Positions 50,187-60,266 of a stretch of 64,000 nucleotides of DNA are shown here, piece by piece. The position numbers and the translations under genes were made by a program. Numbering within the stretch: position 1 is the first letter of the stretch; every line of letters starts with the position of its first letter. The notes under the pieces are model-generated. The model saw nothing but the letters and a program-made list of their open reading frames with translations. It made no database searches and was not told the DNA's origin. The DNA is taken from positions 3,136-67,135 of the forward strand of contig DATJGJ010000007.1 of assembly GCA_035495115.1 (NCBI GenBank), given 5' to 3'. Origin of the DNA: Minisyncoccota bacterium (GTDB taxonomy: Bacteria; Patescibacteriota; Minisyncoccia; Phycocordibacterales; PALSA-1337).

Positions 50187-52466
50187 TTATTTTGCCACTT
50201 TAACCGCCTCTTCGAACTGTATAGAGAGGAGCTTCGATGCACCATCAGCACCCATAGTGACACCGTAGAGTACACCAGCACGCGACATGGTCTCGCGATT
50301 ATGGGTGATGAGGATGAGCTGCGAATGTTTGGATAGATTTTCGATCATATCGCCATATTTTTTACTATTTGCTTCATCGAGAGCAGCATCAGTCTCATCG
50401 AGAATGATGAATGGAGGCGGATTGACCTGAGAGATAGCGAAAAGAAGCGCGATCGAGGTCAGCGCGCGCTCGCCGCCCGAGAGCATCATGAGGCCTTTCA
50501 CCTTCTTACGAGGCAAGCTGACGTTGACCTCGAGACCTTCTGGCCCTTCTTGCGACTCATTTGCATCATTCGCATCCATTTGTAGATTGGCATCGATGCC
50601 GCCCTCAAGCATGTCACCCAACTCCTCAGCGTCTCCTTTTTTGCGTCGCTTAACTTCTTTGACGACTGTAAGCTCAGCATGACCGCCACCGAACATCAGT
50701 GAGAAATAATTCGTGAACTCCTTGTTTATCTTCAATATGCCCTGCTTGAATTCAACATCGATGCGTACATCCAATTCGGCAATCAGCTTATTTAATTCAT
50801 CCTTTGCCTTATCAAGGTCGACGAGCTCTCGCGCCAAGAAAGCATCGCGCTCCTCCGTCTCCTTATACTCTTTCATCACTTCAGCGCCACCTCCAGCACC
50901 CATATCTTCAAGGCGAATTTTGAGCTTGTCGATCTGGTGCTTTCGTTCTTGCTGCTCTTGTCTTTGTGCTTCCTTGGTTATTGTTTCTTGGTCCTTGGTT
51001 ATTTTGACGTAGTCGACCGCTTCTCTTCCCACGATCATTCCCGCTTCGCCGAGCTCGCGCTTGAACTCTGCCTCAGCAAAATCTATCTTCTGAATCTCAG
51101 CAGTCAAACTACTGACAATGTGACGTACTTCATTTTGACGCGCAATGATCCTGAACACTTCCTTTTCAGCATCACGATTCGTATCTTTTTCATGCTCGAT
51201 CTTCTGTTTGAGAGCGTTATATTCACCGACAATCTTCTTTTCAAAATCAGCCAGCTCTGCCCTCTTATGCTCAAAGCTTTTCTTCTCATCAGACAAACGA
51301 GTGATTTCTTTTTCCATCTCGGCAATGAACTGTGAATCATTGGTTGAGCGATGCCCTTTAATGAAATTGCGAAGTGCAAGAATGATCTCTTTGATCGTCA
51401 ATCGCGATTCATCTTCTTCGATCTTTTTAACGACATCTTCGACATCCTTCAAATAGACCGTCTTGAACTCTTCCTGCTTCATTCTGCTCTCTTCTTTTTC
51501 TTTCGCGCGCTTATTGGCACCGATCTCACCCTCAATACGACCGAGCTCGCGCACAACCGTATCAGTTTCTGTGCGCGTCTCTGCCAATTTCTTTTCAAGA
51601 GAAATAAGCTCATCGCTAGTCACATCTTTATTTTTTGACGCAGTCAGGATATTTTTTGCTTTATTGAGCGCATGCTCGAGGTCAGATAATTCTTTTTTAG
51701 GTCCAGCAATCTCTGCATGCAAACGTGTCTTTTCGGCGGTGATGTGATGCTCTTCGTGAGCGAAATATACTTTATATATTGAAATGAGTTCGCGACGCAT
51801 TTCTTCTGCCTTTTCCACTTTCTCAACCTGTTTCTTCAAAAAGCGCAGATGTGGAGCGATCTCGCGACGGAGCGACTCGACTTGCTTCATATTCTCCTCG
51901 GTTCGCTCGAGCTTGCGGATGCTTTCGAGTTTTTTCCACTGATATATCTTGAGACCGAGGGCATCTTCGATCATCTCGCGTCGTTCGCGGATAGACGCAG
52001 AAAGAATACGATCAGCTTCTCCTTGGGAGATGATATGGTGACCAGTTGCGCCAACATGAGCAGTAGCGAGCAGCTCGATGATATCCTTGAGACGCACTGC
52101 GGTGCCATTGAGCAGATATTCATTGCTATTGTCGCGATGGACGATGCGCTCGATAGTGACTTCATCGAAATCAATCGATGCGAACATGCGCTGTGAATTA
52201 TCGAAAGAAAGCTTGACCGATGCCCGGTTCGCTCTGCCAGCTGCTGATGGGCCGTCACCGCCGCCATTCCAGATCATATCTTCGCCGCGCTTGCCGCGGA
52301 GCGACTTGATCGACTGCTCGCCGAGCACAAAACGAAATGCTTCAGCGGTATTGGACTTACCTGAACCGTTAGGCCCTACGATGCCTGTGATCGATGAGGT
52401 GAAATTGAGTGTCGCCTTTTTGGCAAATGATTTGAAGCCGGATACTTCGAGGGATTTCAGATACAT
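50187..52466 (-). CDS. smc: SMC-family chromosome segregation ATPase (short, 759 aa)
   Basis: N-terminal Walker A GPNGSGKSN, long coiled coil, C-terminal signature LSGGERALTSIALLFA and Walker B ILDETDAALD. Confidence 0.7.
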   Translation of the reverse strand: MYLKSLEVSGFKSFAKKATLNFTSSITGIVGPNGSGKSNTAEAFRFVLGEQSIKSLRGKRGEDMIWNGGGDGPSAAGRANRASVKLSFDNSQRMFASIDFDEVTIERIVHRDNSNEYLLNGTAVRLKDIIELLATAHVGATGHHIISQGEADRILSASIRERREMIEDALGLKIYQWKKLESIRKLERTEENMKQVESLRREIAPHLRFLKKQVEKVEKAEEMRRELISIYKVYFAHEEHHITAEKTRLHAEIAGPKKELSDLEHALNKAKNILTASKNKDVTSDELISLEKKLAETRTETDTVVRELGRIEGEIGANKRAKEKEESRMKQEEFKTVYLKDVEDVVKKIEEDESRLTIKEIILALRNFIKGHRSTNDSQFIAEMEKEITRLSDEKKSFEHKRAELADFEKKIVGEYNALKQKIEHEKDTNRDAEKEVFRIIARQNEVRHIVSSLTAEIQKIDFAEAEFKRELGEAGMIVGREAVDYVKITKDQETITKEAQRQEQQERKHQIDKLKIRLEDMGAGGGAEVMKEYKETEERDAFLARELVDLDKAKDELNKLIAELDVRIDVEFKQGILKINKEFTNYFSLMFGGGHAELTVVKEVKRRKKGDAEELGDMLEGGIDANLQMDANDANESQEGPEGLEVNVSLPRKKVKGLMMLSGGERALTSIALLFAISQVNPPPFIILDETDAALDEANSKKYGDMIENLSKHSQLILITHNRETMSRAGVLYGVTMGADGASKLLSIQFEEAVKVAK

Positions 52467-52515
52467 GATAGTCAGGTGTGGCCTATGGCCATGAGTAGAT
52501 ATATTTTAGCATAAA

Positions 52516-52550
52516 AAAGCCCCTCCAGACCAAAGGGTGTGGAGGGATGA
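52516..52550 (-). terminator. Intrinsic terminator upstream of smc
   Basis: CCCTCCA...TGGAGGG hairpin followed by TTTTTT on the minus strand. Confidence 0.45.
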
Positions 52551-52854
52551 AAGAATCACTTTGGAGACAGAACTCGAGGCTGAGCGAGCAATGCCAAACG
52601 CTCTTTGAGTTGTGGGCAATGTTCACAGTCAGGCCTTACGTGCGGACATGAACGCTGAATGTGCTGACACTCAATTTGGGTTGGATCAGACTTGCTCGCA
52701 GGTGAGAGAAATCCCACGCCATGTATAACCCTTAGTTGAGTTGAATTGCGATGAACAGGTCGCTCATATGCAAGAGGACCAAAAAACTCTCGTTGTATGT
52801 AAAGCATAAAAAGTTCGGGTTCGTAGCTATTGTAACCTTTTATATCTTTAAAAA

Positions 52855-54843
52855 CTATTGTACAGCCTCAGAACTGATAATATATGATCTCGTTTTTGGC
52901 CCAAAATACCCTATTGACGGAAGAATGTTATGCACTGCTTGGAATTTAGCCAAAGCTTTTTGTGTTAGCAGACCAAAATATATAGTTTCATGGTTCAGTG
53001 AACCTAGACCAGTAACAGCAACCAGGAATCCGTGCGTATTTAAATACTTTTGAAGGTTTTTGACATCAGAGCCACTGCTACCCATTTGCAATGAACGATT
53101 GAAGGTACCAGTAATTGTGGGAGATGTTTTAAGGCTATTTAGATAAACTGTAGTTGAGGCGCTTGGAGCAAGAAGCGTCGCAAGATAGGAAGGCGAAACA
53201 AACCCCCCGCTATGGGAAACAGTAGTAATTGACGAGCTAGGTATCGTAACTGTAGGACACGGATTTGTAGTAAACGTCTGGTCGGAAGTGCTTGTTGATC
53301 CGATAATATTACTTGCAAAAGCTTGATAATGATACACAGCACCACAATCCAAATTTGTTAGGTCTTGAGAGAAAGCGCCGAAAATATACTCTCCTGTCGA
53401 AGATGCTGATTGCCCATAACTTGAAGTTTTACCAAAATTAAATCCTCGCACTGTAGTTGTTGCCCCACCATCAGTTAGCAACATCGCATTCAAAGTGGCT
53501 GATGCGGCGCCGATCAAAGTGCTCGTGGCGTCAGTGATCATAGGAGCAACTGCACTGATAGTATTTATCGTGCCTGTAGTTTTTTGGTGATCATAGGATG
53601 TCTCTACAGTAACATTAACCCCACCTGTACCAATAAAAATATCCTTGGCGCCTGTTCCAGAAGATGAGAGCGATCCACCAAATAGATTTACTAAGGAATT
53701 GTTATTAGTTGATACTGCGTAATTGGCTGCATCTGAGCCGCTTACATTAATTATCGTATTATAAGAATTGATGACGTTTGCAGCTACACCTTGAATTCCT
53801 CGCGAATACGCGCCAACAAATAGTAACGGATTAACGGTGGCTGTTATATCACTCTGATAGATATTGACTCTATTTCTACTTGACCAATTGAATGTGTCAT
53901 ATTTTGTATCGATTGACACATTGACCAATGTAGAGGATATATCTGTTACAGGAGGAACACCAGACTGATTGAGATTAACGTAAAAACCATCAGTTATGCC
54001 ATGAACATAAATATTTTTAAATGATGCATGGATAAAACCGTTATCGCCATAATCACCAGAAAGATTATTTGAAATAATATACTTATAGCCCGATGTGTTC
54101 AAATCAACTAGTGATAAATCAGAAACCTCTGAACCATCAGCAAAAGAGAGGACAGGAATACCGTCCTCAACATTTGTGCTTTTGATTATAGTGTCATATT
54201 TGCCTGACCCATGCAGATTTATGTGACCAGTTGGCATTTGGTACTGATATGAGTCAAAAACAGTACCGTCACCATCATTAAACGTGAGTGACGTCGTTGC
54301 ATATGAAGCAAACCATGAGCCAGCATCATCAGTAAAAAAATCTATCTGATACATTGAAGCGTTGGGCACCGCAGGCCACGTCACTTGTATGTAAAAATTA
54401 TTGCCAGAATTATTATCTGGAAGCATATTCGTATCGTATGCAGAGACCCATGTCCCGTTTACTAATGCCGAAATATGATATTTGTAACTAATCCCTCCAG
54501 TCACTTTGTCACCTGAACCATAATGAAAAATTGGCGTTATCAATGTTGACGGCTTATATAAACTAATCATGCTTCCAGTTATGTCAAAAGTACCTGAAGA
54601 AAGATACACTGAATCACCGTCTACTGCAGCCGCTATTGCTGTCAAAAGAGCTTGTCCTTGAGCAGAATCGGAACTTGAGGTTGCATTATAGACAGATACA
54701 CTTTGATCACTGTGGACAACACGAATTAAATCAGTTGATGCAGAAACATTATTAACTAATATAAGATAAAAAAATAAAAAACTTCCTAAAAAATATTTAA
54801 TCCGCATATATTTTATATTGTACCCTTTTACATACCTAGGCAA
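52855..54843 (-). CDS. Large secreted protein with a C-terminal peptidoglycan-binding domain
   Basis: Signal/TM N-terminus (true start may be the internal Met giving MRIKYFLGSFLFF); Ser/Thr/Asn-rich beta-rich body; C-terminal PG_binding_1-like (GSSGSDVKNLQKYLNTHGF...GYFGPKT). Confidence 0.5.
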   Translation of the reverse strand: MPRYVKGYNIKYMRIKYFLGSFLFFYLILVNNVSASTDLIRVVHSDQSVSVYNATSSSDSAQGQALLTAIAAAVDGDSVYLSSGTFDITGSMISLYKPSTLITPIFHYGSGDKVTGGISYKYHISALVNGTWVSAYDTNMLPDNNSGNNFYIQVTWPAVPNASMYQIDFFTDDAGSWFASYATTSLTFNDGDGTVFDSYQYQMPTGHINLHGSGKYDTIIKSTNVEDGIPVLSFADGSEVSDLSLVDLNTSGYKYIISNNLSGDYGDNGFIHASFKNIYVHGITDGFYVNLNQSGVPPVTDISSTLVNVSIDTKYDTFNWSSRNRVNIYQSDITATVNPLLFVGAYSRGIQGVAANVINSYNTIINVSGSDAANYAVSTNNNSLVNLFGGSLSSSGTGAKDIFIGTGGVNVTVETSYDHQKTTGTINTISAVAPMITDATSTLIGAASATLNAMLLTDGGATTTVRGFNFGKTSSYGQSASSTGEYIFGAFSQDLTNLDCGAVYHYQAFASNIIGSTSTSDQTFTTNPCPTVTIPSSSITTVSHSGGFVSPSYLATLLAPSASTTVYLNSLKTSPTITGTFNRSLQMGSSGSDVKNLQKYLNTHGFLVAVTGLGSLNHETIYFGLLTQKALAKFQAVHNILPSIGYFGPKTRSYIISSEAVQ

Positions 54844-54867
54844 TAAGTGGACAACTTAAATGGCAAT

Positions 54868-55566
54868 TCACCACCCCTTAGCTTTGAGCGCACCCTCTGC
54901 CGCCTTCTGCTCAGCCTCTTGCTTTGACTTACCTTCTCCAGTTGCTACCTGCACATCACCGAGAAATACTGCAAGAGTAAATTTCTTATCATGATCTGGA
55001 CCTGTCTCCTTGAGAGTTTTATACGAAGGCGTCACACCTGCCTTTTCCTGAGCCTTCTCTTGGAACATGCTCTTTGCGTCGATCCAGGTCTTGTTCTTTA
55101 CGATCTCATCAATATCAATAATATTTAAAATATGTTCAGAGATAAAGTTTGCCGATGCATCATATCCGCTATCCATATAGATAGCACCGATGACAGCTTC
55201 AACTGCGTTTGCAAGGATGATGGCGCGGGCACGGCCAGTATCCTTTGCTTCACCCTTTGAGAGGAGCATATAGTCATTAAGGCCAATCTTATCACCAACT
55301 TTGGCGAGACTGACTGTGTTTACGATTGCAGAACGAAATGCCGTGAGCTCTCCTTCTGCCTTTTTGGGAAATTTACGGAAAAGAAAACTCGTTACCACAA
55401 GTTCAAGTACGGCGTCGCCGAGAAATTCGAGACGCTCATTGTGCTCAAGTCCTGATTCGCGATTTTCATTGATATATGAGCGATGTGTGCACGCAGTACG
55501 CAAAAGAGCTATGTCATTAAAGGTGACATTGATATGTTCAGCTAAGTTTTCGAAATTAATTTTCAT
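54868..55566 (-). CDS. rnc: Ribonuclease III
   Basis: RNase III signature ERLEFLGDAVLELVV, C-terminal dsRBD; start taken at MKINFENL. Confidence 0.85.
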   Translation of the reverse strand: MKINFENLAEHINVTFNDIALLRTACTHRSYINENRESGLEHNERLEFLGDAVLELVVTSFLFRKFPKKAEGELTAFRSAIVNTVSLAKVGDKIGLNDYMLLSKGEAKDTGRARAIILANAVEAVIGAIYMDSGYDASANFISEHILNIIDIDEIVKNKTWIDAKSMFQEKAQEKAGVTPSYKTLKETGPDHDKKFTLAVFLGDVQVATGEGKSKQEAEQKAAEGALKAKGW

Positions 55567-55609
55567 GCGATTTATTCGTAGTATTCGTGCGCATATTCGT
55601 GGATTCGTG

Positions 55610-56512
55610 TTACGCCTTCTCTTCACTCACAATAGTCACAGCCTTTGCAACGATCGGTAGAATATCGTTATAAAAGTTAAGTTCCAATATTGCATCAAGC
55701 TTGAACCATTTTGCATCAGCAAGACCTGGCTTCTTGGCAAGTGTAAGTGTCTTGAAATCTGACTCTGCCAGATAGTAGTGTACTTGCTTGCGAATCTTGC
55801 CAATCTCAGGGTCGTTTGCGATATATTCATTTTCACCAAGATCAGCGACTATCTTTACTTCGAGACCAATCTCTTCCATCACCTTGTTGATAGTTCCCTG
55901 CTTTGGATCAACTTCTGGAGGAATCTTACCTTTTGAGAGTGTCCAGTGACCGAAAACGTCATAAACGAATGCCATATAGACATCTACGCCATCACGAGCA
56001 TATACCACTGCACCACCCAAGTGTTGAATTGGCATTTGCTCATAAGGGACTTCGACCTTCTTTTTCTTTATCGGCTGGGCGTCTTTACCTGGTTCTCCGA
56101 GCTCCTTGTAAACTGCACCGAGCACACCATTGACGAAACGACCACTTGTCTCACCACCGAAAGTCTTTGCAAGCTCAATCGCTTCATTGATAGCCACCTT
56201 TGCTGGTACTTCGACACGATCCGCAAAGAGAAGCTCATAGAGACCGAGACGGAGTACGTTACGATCTATCGGAGAGATCTTGTCGATTGGCCATTCGGGA
56301 GCAGCCTTCGATATGATGTCATCGAGTTCGCCATGCTTTGCGAGAATGCCCTTCATAAGCTCGTCCATAAAAGAAACATCAGCTACTCCTGGTGCGAATT
56401 CTTTTGCATCGCGCAGGATGATAGCTGAAGCTGTAGTGTCTTTTCGGCCACAAAAATCCCACTCAAAAAGTGCCTGGAGGACAACTGAGCGTGATAAATG
56501 TCTATTTGCCAT
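55610..56512 (-). CDS. nusB: Transcription antitermination factor NusB fused to a C-terminal Nudix-like domain (degenerate Nudix box)
   Basis: The N-terminal ~145 aa are NusB-like (RSVVLQALFEWDF...ETSGRFVNGVLGAVYKE). The C-terminal ~150 aa show a Nudix fold pattern (GGAVVYARDG...WTLSKGKIPPE...NKVMEEIGLEV), but RE of the Nudix box is replaced by NK. Confidence 0.65.
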   Translation of the reverse strand: MANRHLSRSVVLQALFEWDFCGRKDTTASAIILRDAKEFAPGVADVSFMDELMKGILAKHGELDDIISKAAPEWPIDKISPIDRNVLRLGLYELLFADRVEVPAKVAINEAIELAKTFGGETSGRFVNGVLGAVYKELGEPGKDAQPIKKKKVEVPYEQMPIQHLGGAVVYARDGVDVYMAFVYDVFGHWTLSKGKIPPEVDPKQGTINKVMEEIGLEVKIVADLGENEYIANDPEIGKIRKQVHYYLAESDFKTLTLAKKPGLADAKWFKLDAILELNFYNDILPIVAKAVTIVSEEKA

Positions 56513-56629
56513 GAGTTTATTTGAAGAACATTGTTAGGTGACTGAACCTACATTTCTAATTGATCTAATTTCGAATTGACCTAAAATCCTTGTTTATCAG
56601 GAATTAGGTTAATTAGGAATGAGACTAAT

Positions 56630-56839
56630 TTACTTTGCTGCCTTTGCCGCTTTCTTTGTAGCAGCGACTGTAAGATCAAGGACCTTACGGCCATTGTACC
56701 ATCCACAGTTCATACAGACTGCATGAGTCTTGTGAGCAGCTTTACAGTTCTGGCAAACAGAAGTACGCGCTGCATCGAGAGCATGATGAGAACGTCTATT
56801 GTCGCGATGAGCTCGCGTTGCACGCATTCGGTTTACCAT
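56630..56839 (-). CDS. rpmF: 50S ribosomal protein L32
   Basis: MVNRMRATRAHRDNRRSHHAL...CQNC...CMNCGWYNGRKV is L32-like with a zinc ribbon; start taken at the internal Met. Confidence 0.7.
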   Translation of the reverse strand: MVNRMRATRAHRDNRRSHHALDAARTSVCQNCKAAHKTHAVCMNCGWYNGRKVLDLTVAATKKAAKAAK

Positions 56840-56938
56840 GTGGAACAGTATTACATACCATGAAAAAAAACTCAAGTGATTTGTCTAATTAATAAAAACC
56901 TGTTACATTGTTTGAGTTCGTTTAGAAATAAATGAGAT

Positions 56939-57011
56939 GCGCCCATAGCTCAGCTGGTAGAGCAGATCCCTCTTAAGGATAAGGTCGTAGGTTCGATCCC
57001 TACTGGGCGCA
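56939..57011 (+). tRNA. tRNA-Lys (anticodon CUU)
   Basis: Acceptor GCGCCCA/UGGGCGC, D-arm GCUC-AGCUGGUA-GAGC, anticodon loop CUCUUAA (one mismatch at 27-43), T-arm GUAGG-UUCGAUC-CCUAC, discriminator A. Confidence 0.75.
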
Positions 57012-57139
57012 CAAACCGAGGGCACGTAGGTTTGTGCGAGCCGCAGGCCTGACGAGGCCGAGGCGGGGTCGCGAGATTTTCTAGCAAGAAAATACTCGTG
57101 ACCACAAACATGGTAATATAATAAACAATCAAATAATTT

Positions 57140-57221
57140 GCTGGGATGGCGGAATTGGTATACGCACATGCCTTAGGAGCATGCGGAGTAATCCTTGGGA
57201 GTTCGAGTCTCCCTCCCAGCA
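57140..57221 (+). tRNA. tRNA-Leu (anticodon UAG), class II
   Basis: Acceptor GCUGGGA/UCCCAGC, anticodon stem CAUGC/GCAUG with loop CUUAGGA, long variable arm, T-arm GGGAG-UUCGAGU-CUCCC, discriminator A. Confidence 0.85.
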
Positions 57222-57290
57222 CAAAATTGACCTTCAGCATTTTTTGTGTTATTTTGTTTTTGAACCCTGAACAATCAACAATACAAAGTT

Positions 57291-57737
57291 ATGTCTCATG
57301 AAATAAATGAAATGGTGAACATCCTGCTCTATGCAGGCGCCCCTGAAGCAGACAAGAAACTGACACTCAAACTTTTGGCCATGCTCGATCAGCTGCATGT
57401 CAAGAACATCAGCATTACCGCTGGTTTCGTTGATGATGACGCAGCGATCGGTGCCCTGGAATCACTCAAGAAAAGCACTGGGCACATCGATTTGGTCGCC
57501 ATCAAATCGGGAAGCAAAAAAACTCGTTTTCGCGTGGCCTTTCACGCTGAGAAACTCGGTATCAAGACAGTAGTCTGGTCAGCTCACACGCATTTTGTGC
57601 ATTCGTGCCATAATCTTAAAGCATCGTTTGTCCGTGTCAGATACAAAGACATGGAAAAAGATCTGGACTTGGTAGCTGAGGCTATCAAGCACGAAATCAA
57701 TAAGCTACGCAAACCCAAGCCAGTTCTTCCCAAATAG
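57291..57737 (+). CDS. Hypothetical protein
   Basis: 148-aa ORF; no recognisable family. Confidence 0.35.
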   Translation: MSHEINEMVNILLYAGAPEADKKLTLKLLAMLDQLHVKNISITAGFVDDDAAIGALESLKKSTGHIDLVAIKSGSKKTRFRVAFHAEKLGIKTVVWSAHTHFVHSCHNLKASFVRVRYKDMEKDLDLVAEAIKHEINKLRKPKPVLPK

Positions 57738-57935
57738 CGATCGAATCTACCAATCCCTGTATAGTCACTTTGTGATCTATATGGGGATTTTGTATCTATT
57801 GACTTTTACCCATATTTGTAGTAGTATAGTACTAAAGTGCATTCGGAGGTGAAAACCTCAAGAGCACGTTGAAAAACCAATAACAAAAGGGTTTAAATTC
57901 CTGAGCGAAATGCTCAAAAACGAAAGGACCGAAGA

Positions 57936-59399
57936 ATGAAAAAGATTCCTATGAATCCGGTAACTGGCCTCGAGGTCAGCCCGAATGGTGACACACTTGT
58001 GTTCAATCCTCCGGCAGGCGGTGCTCCGCACGGCATGGAGGTCATTGTCGTTGACTCTGCAGTGCTTATCGAAGGTAAAAAGCATGAGCCTACGCTCGGC
58101 GTTAAGCTCGACAAAGTTGATGCAAGTCAGTCATGTAGTATTGGATTGGCTGGGATGGAATGGAGAGGTGAAAACTATCCCCTCAAGCCCGGCGGCAAAT
58201 ACCATGTCTATGTGACTGTCCTCGGTGGGAAGGTCGGCAACGAAATGCGCGCGGATAGCGAGCTCGCCACGATCAGCTTCTTCATGAGTTCCACTCTCGC
58301 CAGCATCATCCAAGTTCAGTATGAAATGGATCGCTTCGAGAAGGAGTTGAAGAAAAAATATGGCGAAGACGACGTCCGACGCCTGATTAGCGAAAACGAC
58401 CTTGCCATCAGCGAAGGCTTTGATGAGCAGGTGAAAAAACTCGCAAATGGCGAGATTGCCGGCTCTGAAACGATCAAGAAGTTGCAGGAACAGGTCAAGT
58501 CATTGAAGGACACCATCGAAGCAATCAAGAAAGCTCCGGCGGCTCGTTCATCTACGAACTCGACATGCTTCACGCCTGCTGAAGTGCTCGGTGCTCAACA
58601 AAATTGGCGCTGGGCACTGGCTGTTGCGTGCATCCTCGGCTTGGCGATAATCGCTGGACTGCTGATGAGCAACTACTGGTCGCACTATTCTAGCGCTCCT
58701 GCGCCTCAACCCACGTGGGCTGGCGTCTGGGGTGGCACGATGGGCACCAATGATATCCCGATCGGTTCGACGTTCGCCACAAGCGGCTGTTCGACAAATG
58801 GTGTCGGTGCCGTTCAGGCATTCAACAACACCGGGACCATCAGCAGCAACAACAACTGCAACTTCGGCATCAAGGTATATGTCCTCCCCCCGCCAGTGGT
58901 CAAAGTGCCCTGTCCTGTCCAGTTCCAAAAGAATGAGACACAGTGCGCTCCTGAACCTACGCCACCACCTGCCCCAAAGCAAGCAGTGCTCCAGGGAACA
59001 GATAGCGGCGACCAAAGCGAGGAGTGTCAGGAAATCATCAGTGAGGACCTGTCGCAGGCTCCGCTGCCGAGCACGCAGGTTATCTGCAGCTCTGAGACAC
59101 GACCGATCGTTGGTGTTGGCATAGAGCTTCAAAGCTATGCCGACTACAACCATTCGATTGGGTGGAACGGGGGCTGGGACGATGACCATCACAGAAGAAA
59201 CTGTTACCCACCTGTAAGACGGTGGCCTGCATATAACCCCATCCCCTTGCCTCCTGTTCAACCCGTAGGCGTAGTATGTTTGGATGGTAATTATCAAGGC
59301 AATTACGGTAACGTTGGCATTGTGAAAGCAAGAAACAATCCCCGAATGGTTGTGGCGTCAAATGTGAGCCGCAGACAAGTGGGCGGAAAACACCGCTAA
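57936..59399 (+). CDS. Hypothetical membrane protein with a Cys/Pro-rich C-terminal region, in a GC-rich (about 54%) island
   Basis: 487 aa; central TM (WALAVACILGLAIIAGLLM); C-terminal CxxC, CPxQ and PPP motifs; GC clearly above the genome background. The Arg-rich antisense ORF 58548-59297 is judged a GC artefact. Confidence 0.4.
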   Translation: MKKIPMNPVTGLEVSPNGDTLVFNPPAGGAPHGMEVIVVDSAVLIEGKKHEPTLGVKLDKVDASQSCSIGLAGMEWRGENYPLKPGGKYHVYVTVLGGKVGNEMRADSELATISFFMSSTLASIIQVQYEMDRFEKELKKKYGEDDVRRLISENDLAISEGFDEQVKKLANGEIAGSETIKKLQEQVKSLKDTIEAIKKAPAARSSTNSTCFTPAEVLGAQQNWRWALAVACILGLAIIAGLLMSNYWSHYSSAPAPQPTWAGVWGGTMGTNDIPIGSTFATSGCSTNGVGAVQAFNNTGTISSNNNCNFGIKVYVLPPPVVKVPCPVQFQKNETQCAPEPTPPPAPKQAVLQGTDSGDQSEECQEIISEDLSQAPLPSTQVICSSETRPIVGVGIELQSYADYNHSIGWNGGWDDDHHRRNCYPPVRRWPAYNPIPLPPVQPVGVVCLDGNYQGNYGNVGIVKARNNPRMVVASNVSRRQVGGKHR

Positions 59400-59575
59400 T
59401 AACAACACATTACACAGCCCGTAGATGCAAATCTACGGGCTTTTTTTAACGAAATACTAACTTGACTTTTCAAGTAAAACATGATAATATAGTATAGTAG
59501 TGTGAGATGTGCCCCATTGGGACACAATGACCTTTAAAATAACGTCAGTAAACAACAACCAGTAAGTGCACAAAA

Positions 59576-60220
59576 ATGCGCTTACACAACCGGAGAATTG
59601 TAATGGAAACTATTCTGAGAAAGATACATGTCTATTGGTTATCGTTCACCATGTTTTTTGTGAACCGCAATCCTGAGACAGGCTATGTCCAGTGGACATG
59701 GCGGCCGTGGGTCAATTTTGCCGGCCGTTTTGTGTGCTGTGCGCTTCTGTTCCTTGTGGCAGCATTCATCGTCGCAAGATACCAGATTCGAGACCTGACA
59801 CCGTTCTTCACATCGACGACACAGACTGAAACAGTCCTGACAGAGGCTAGTCCGTTGATCGCTGGTTATGTGGTGAATGGAGAATCGCAAGATCCGCCCG
59901 TGACGAACATTCTTGTTGTGGTCAAATCAGGCGAACTCAAACTGCTGAAAGGTGAAAAAGTTATGCTTGATTTCCACGATGGCAATGGGCGTTACGGGAT
60001 CTCGGCGAGCCTCGGCAGACTTGGCGCAAAATGCGTCGTATGGGATCCTGATCATGATATCAAACCCATTATTCTCAGCGACAATGTCCCATTGGATCTT
60101 GATCACGGAGAAGGAACAAAAACGACACACATTTGTGTAATGGCAGCTGATGATTCAGAAGTTCTGATGTATCAGTTGACAAAGTGGTATCATCGAAGAT
60201 TGGTTGTCGCTCAAAAGTAA
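59576..60220 (+). CDS. Hypothetical membrane protein
   Basis: 214-aa ORF with two N-terminal TM helices; the start could be the internal Met at 59603. Confidence 0.35.
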   Translation: MRLHNRRIVMETILRKIHVYWLSFTMFFVNRNPETGYVQWTWRPWVNFAGRFVCCALLFLVAAFIVARYQIRDLTPFFTSTTQTETVLTEASPLIAGYVVNGESQDPPVTNILVVVKSGELKLLKGEKVMLDFHDGNGRYGISASLGRLGAKCVVWDPDHDIKPIILSDNVPLDLDHGEGTKTTHICVMAADDSEVLMYQLTKWYHRRLVVAQK

Positions 60221-60229
60221 AACAAACGC

Positions 60230-60266
60230 AACAGGCGAGGAATTTTATTCCCCGCCTGTTTTTTTG
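60230..60266. terminator. Intrinsic terminator (AACAGGCGAGG...CCCCGCCTGTT followed by TTTTTTT)
   Basis: Stem-loop plus T-run between converging genes. Confidence 0.55.

Noticed and set aside
56903-57240. Minus-strand ORFs of 88 and 96 aa across tRNA-Lys and tRNA-Leu(UAG)
   Set aside because: They overlap two well-folding tRNA genes on the opposite strand; spurious
58548-59297. 249-aa Arg-rich antisense ORF inside the GC-rich gene 57936-59399
   Set aside because: Arg/Pro/Ala-rich composition typical of antisense frames in GC-rich coding sequence; the sense ORF has a TM helix and a better codon pattern
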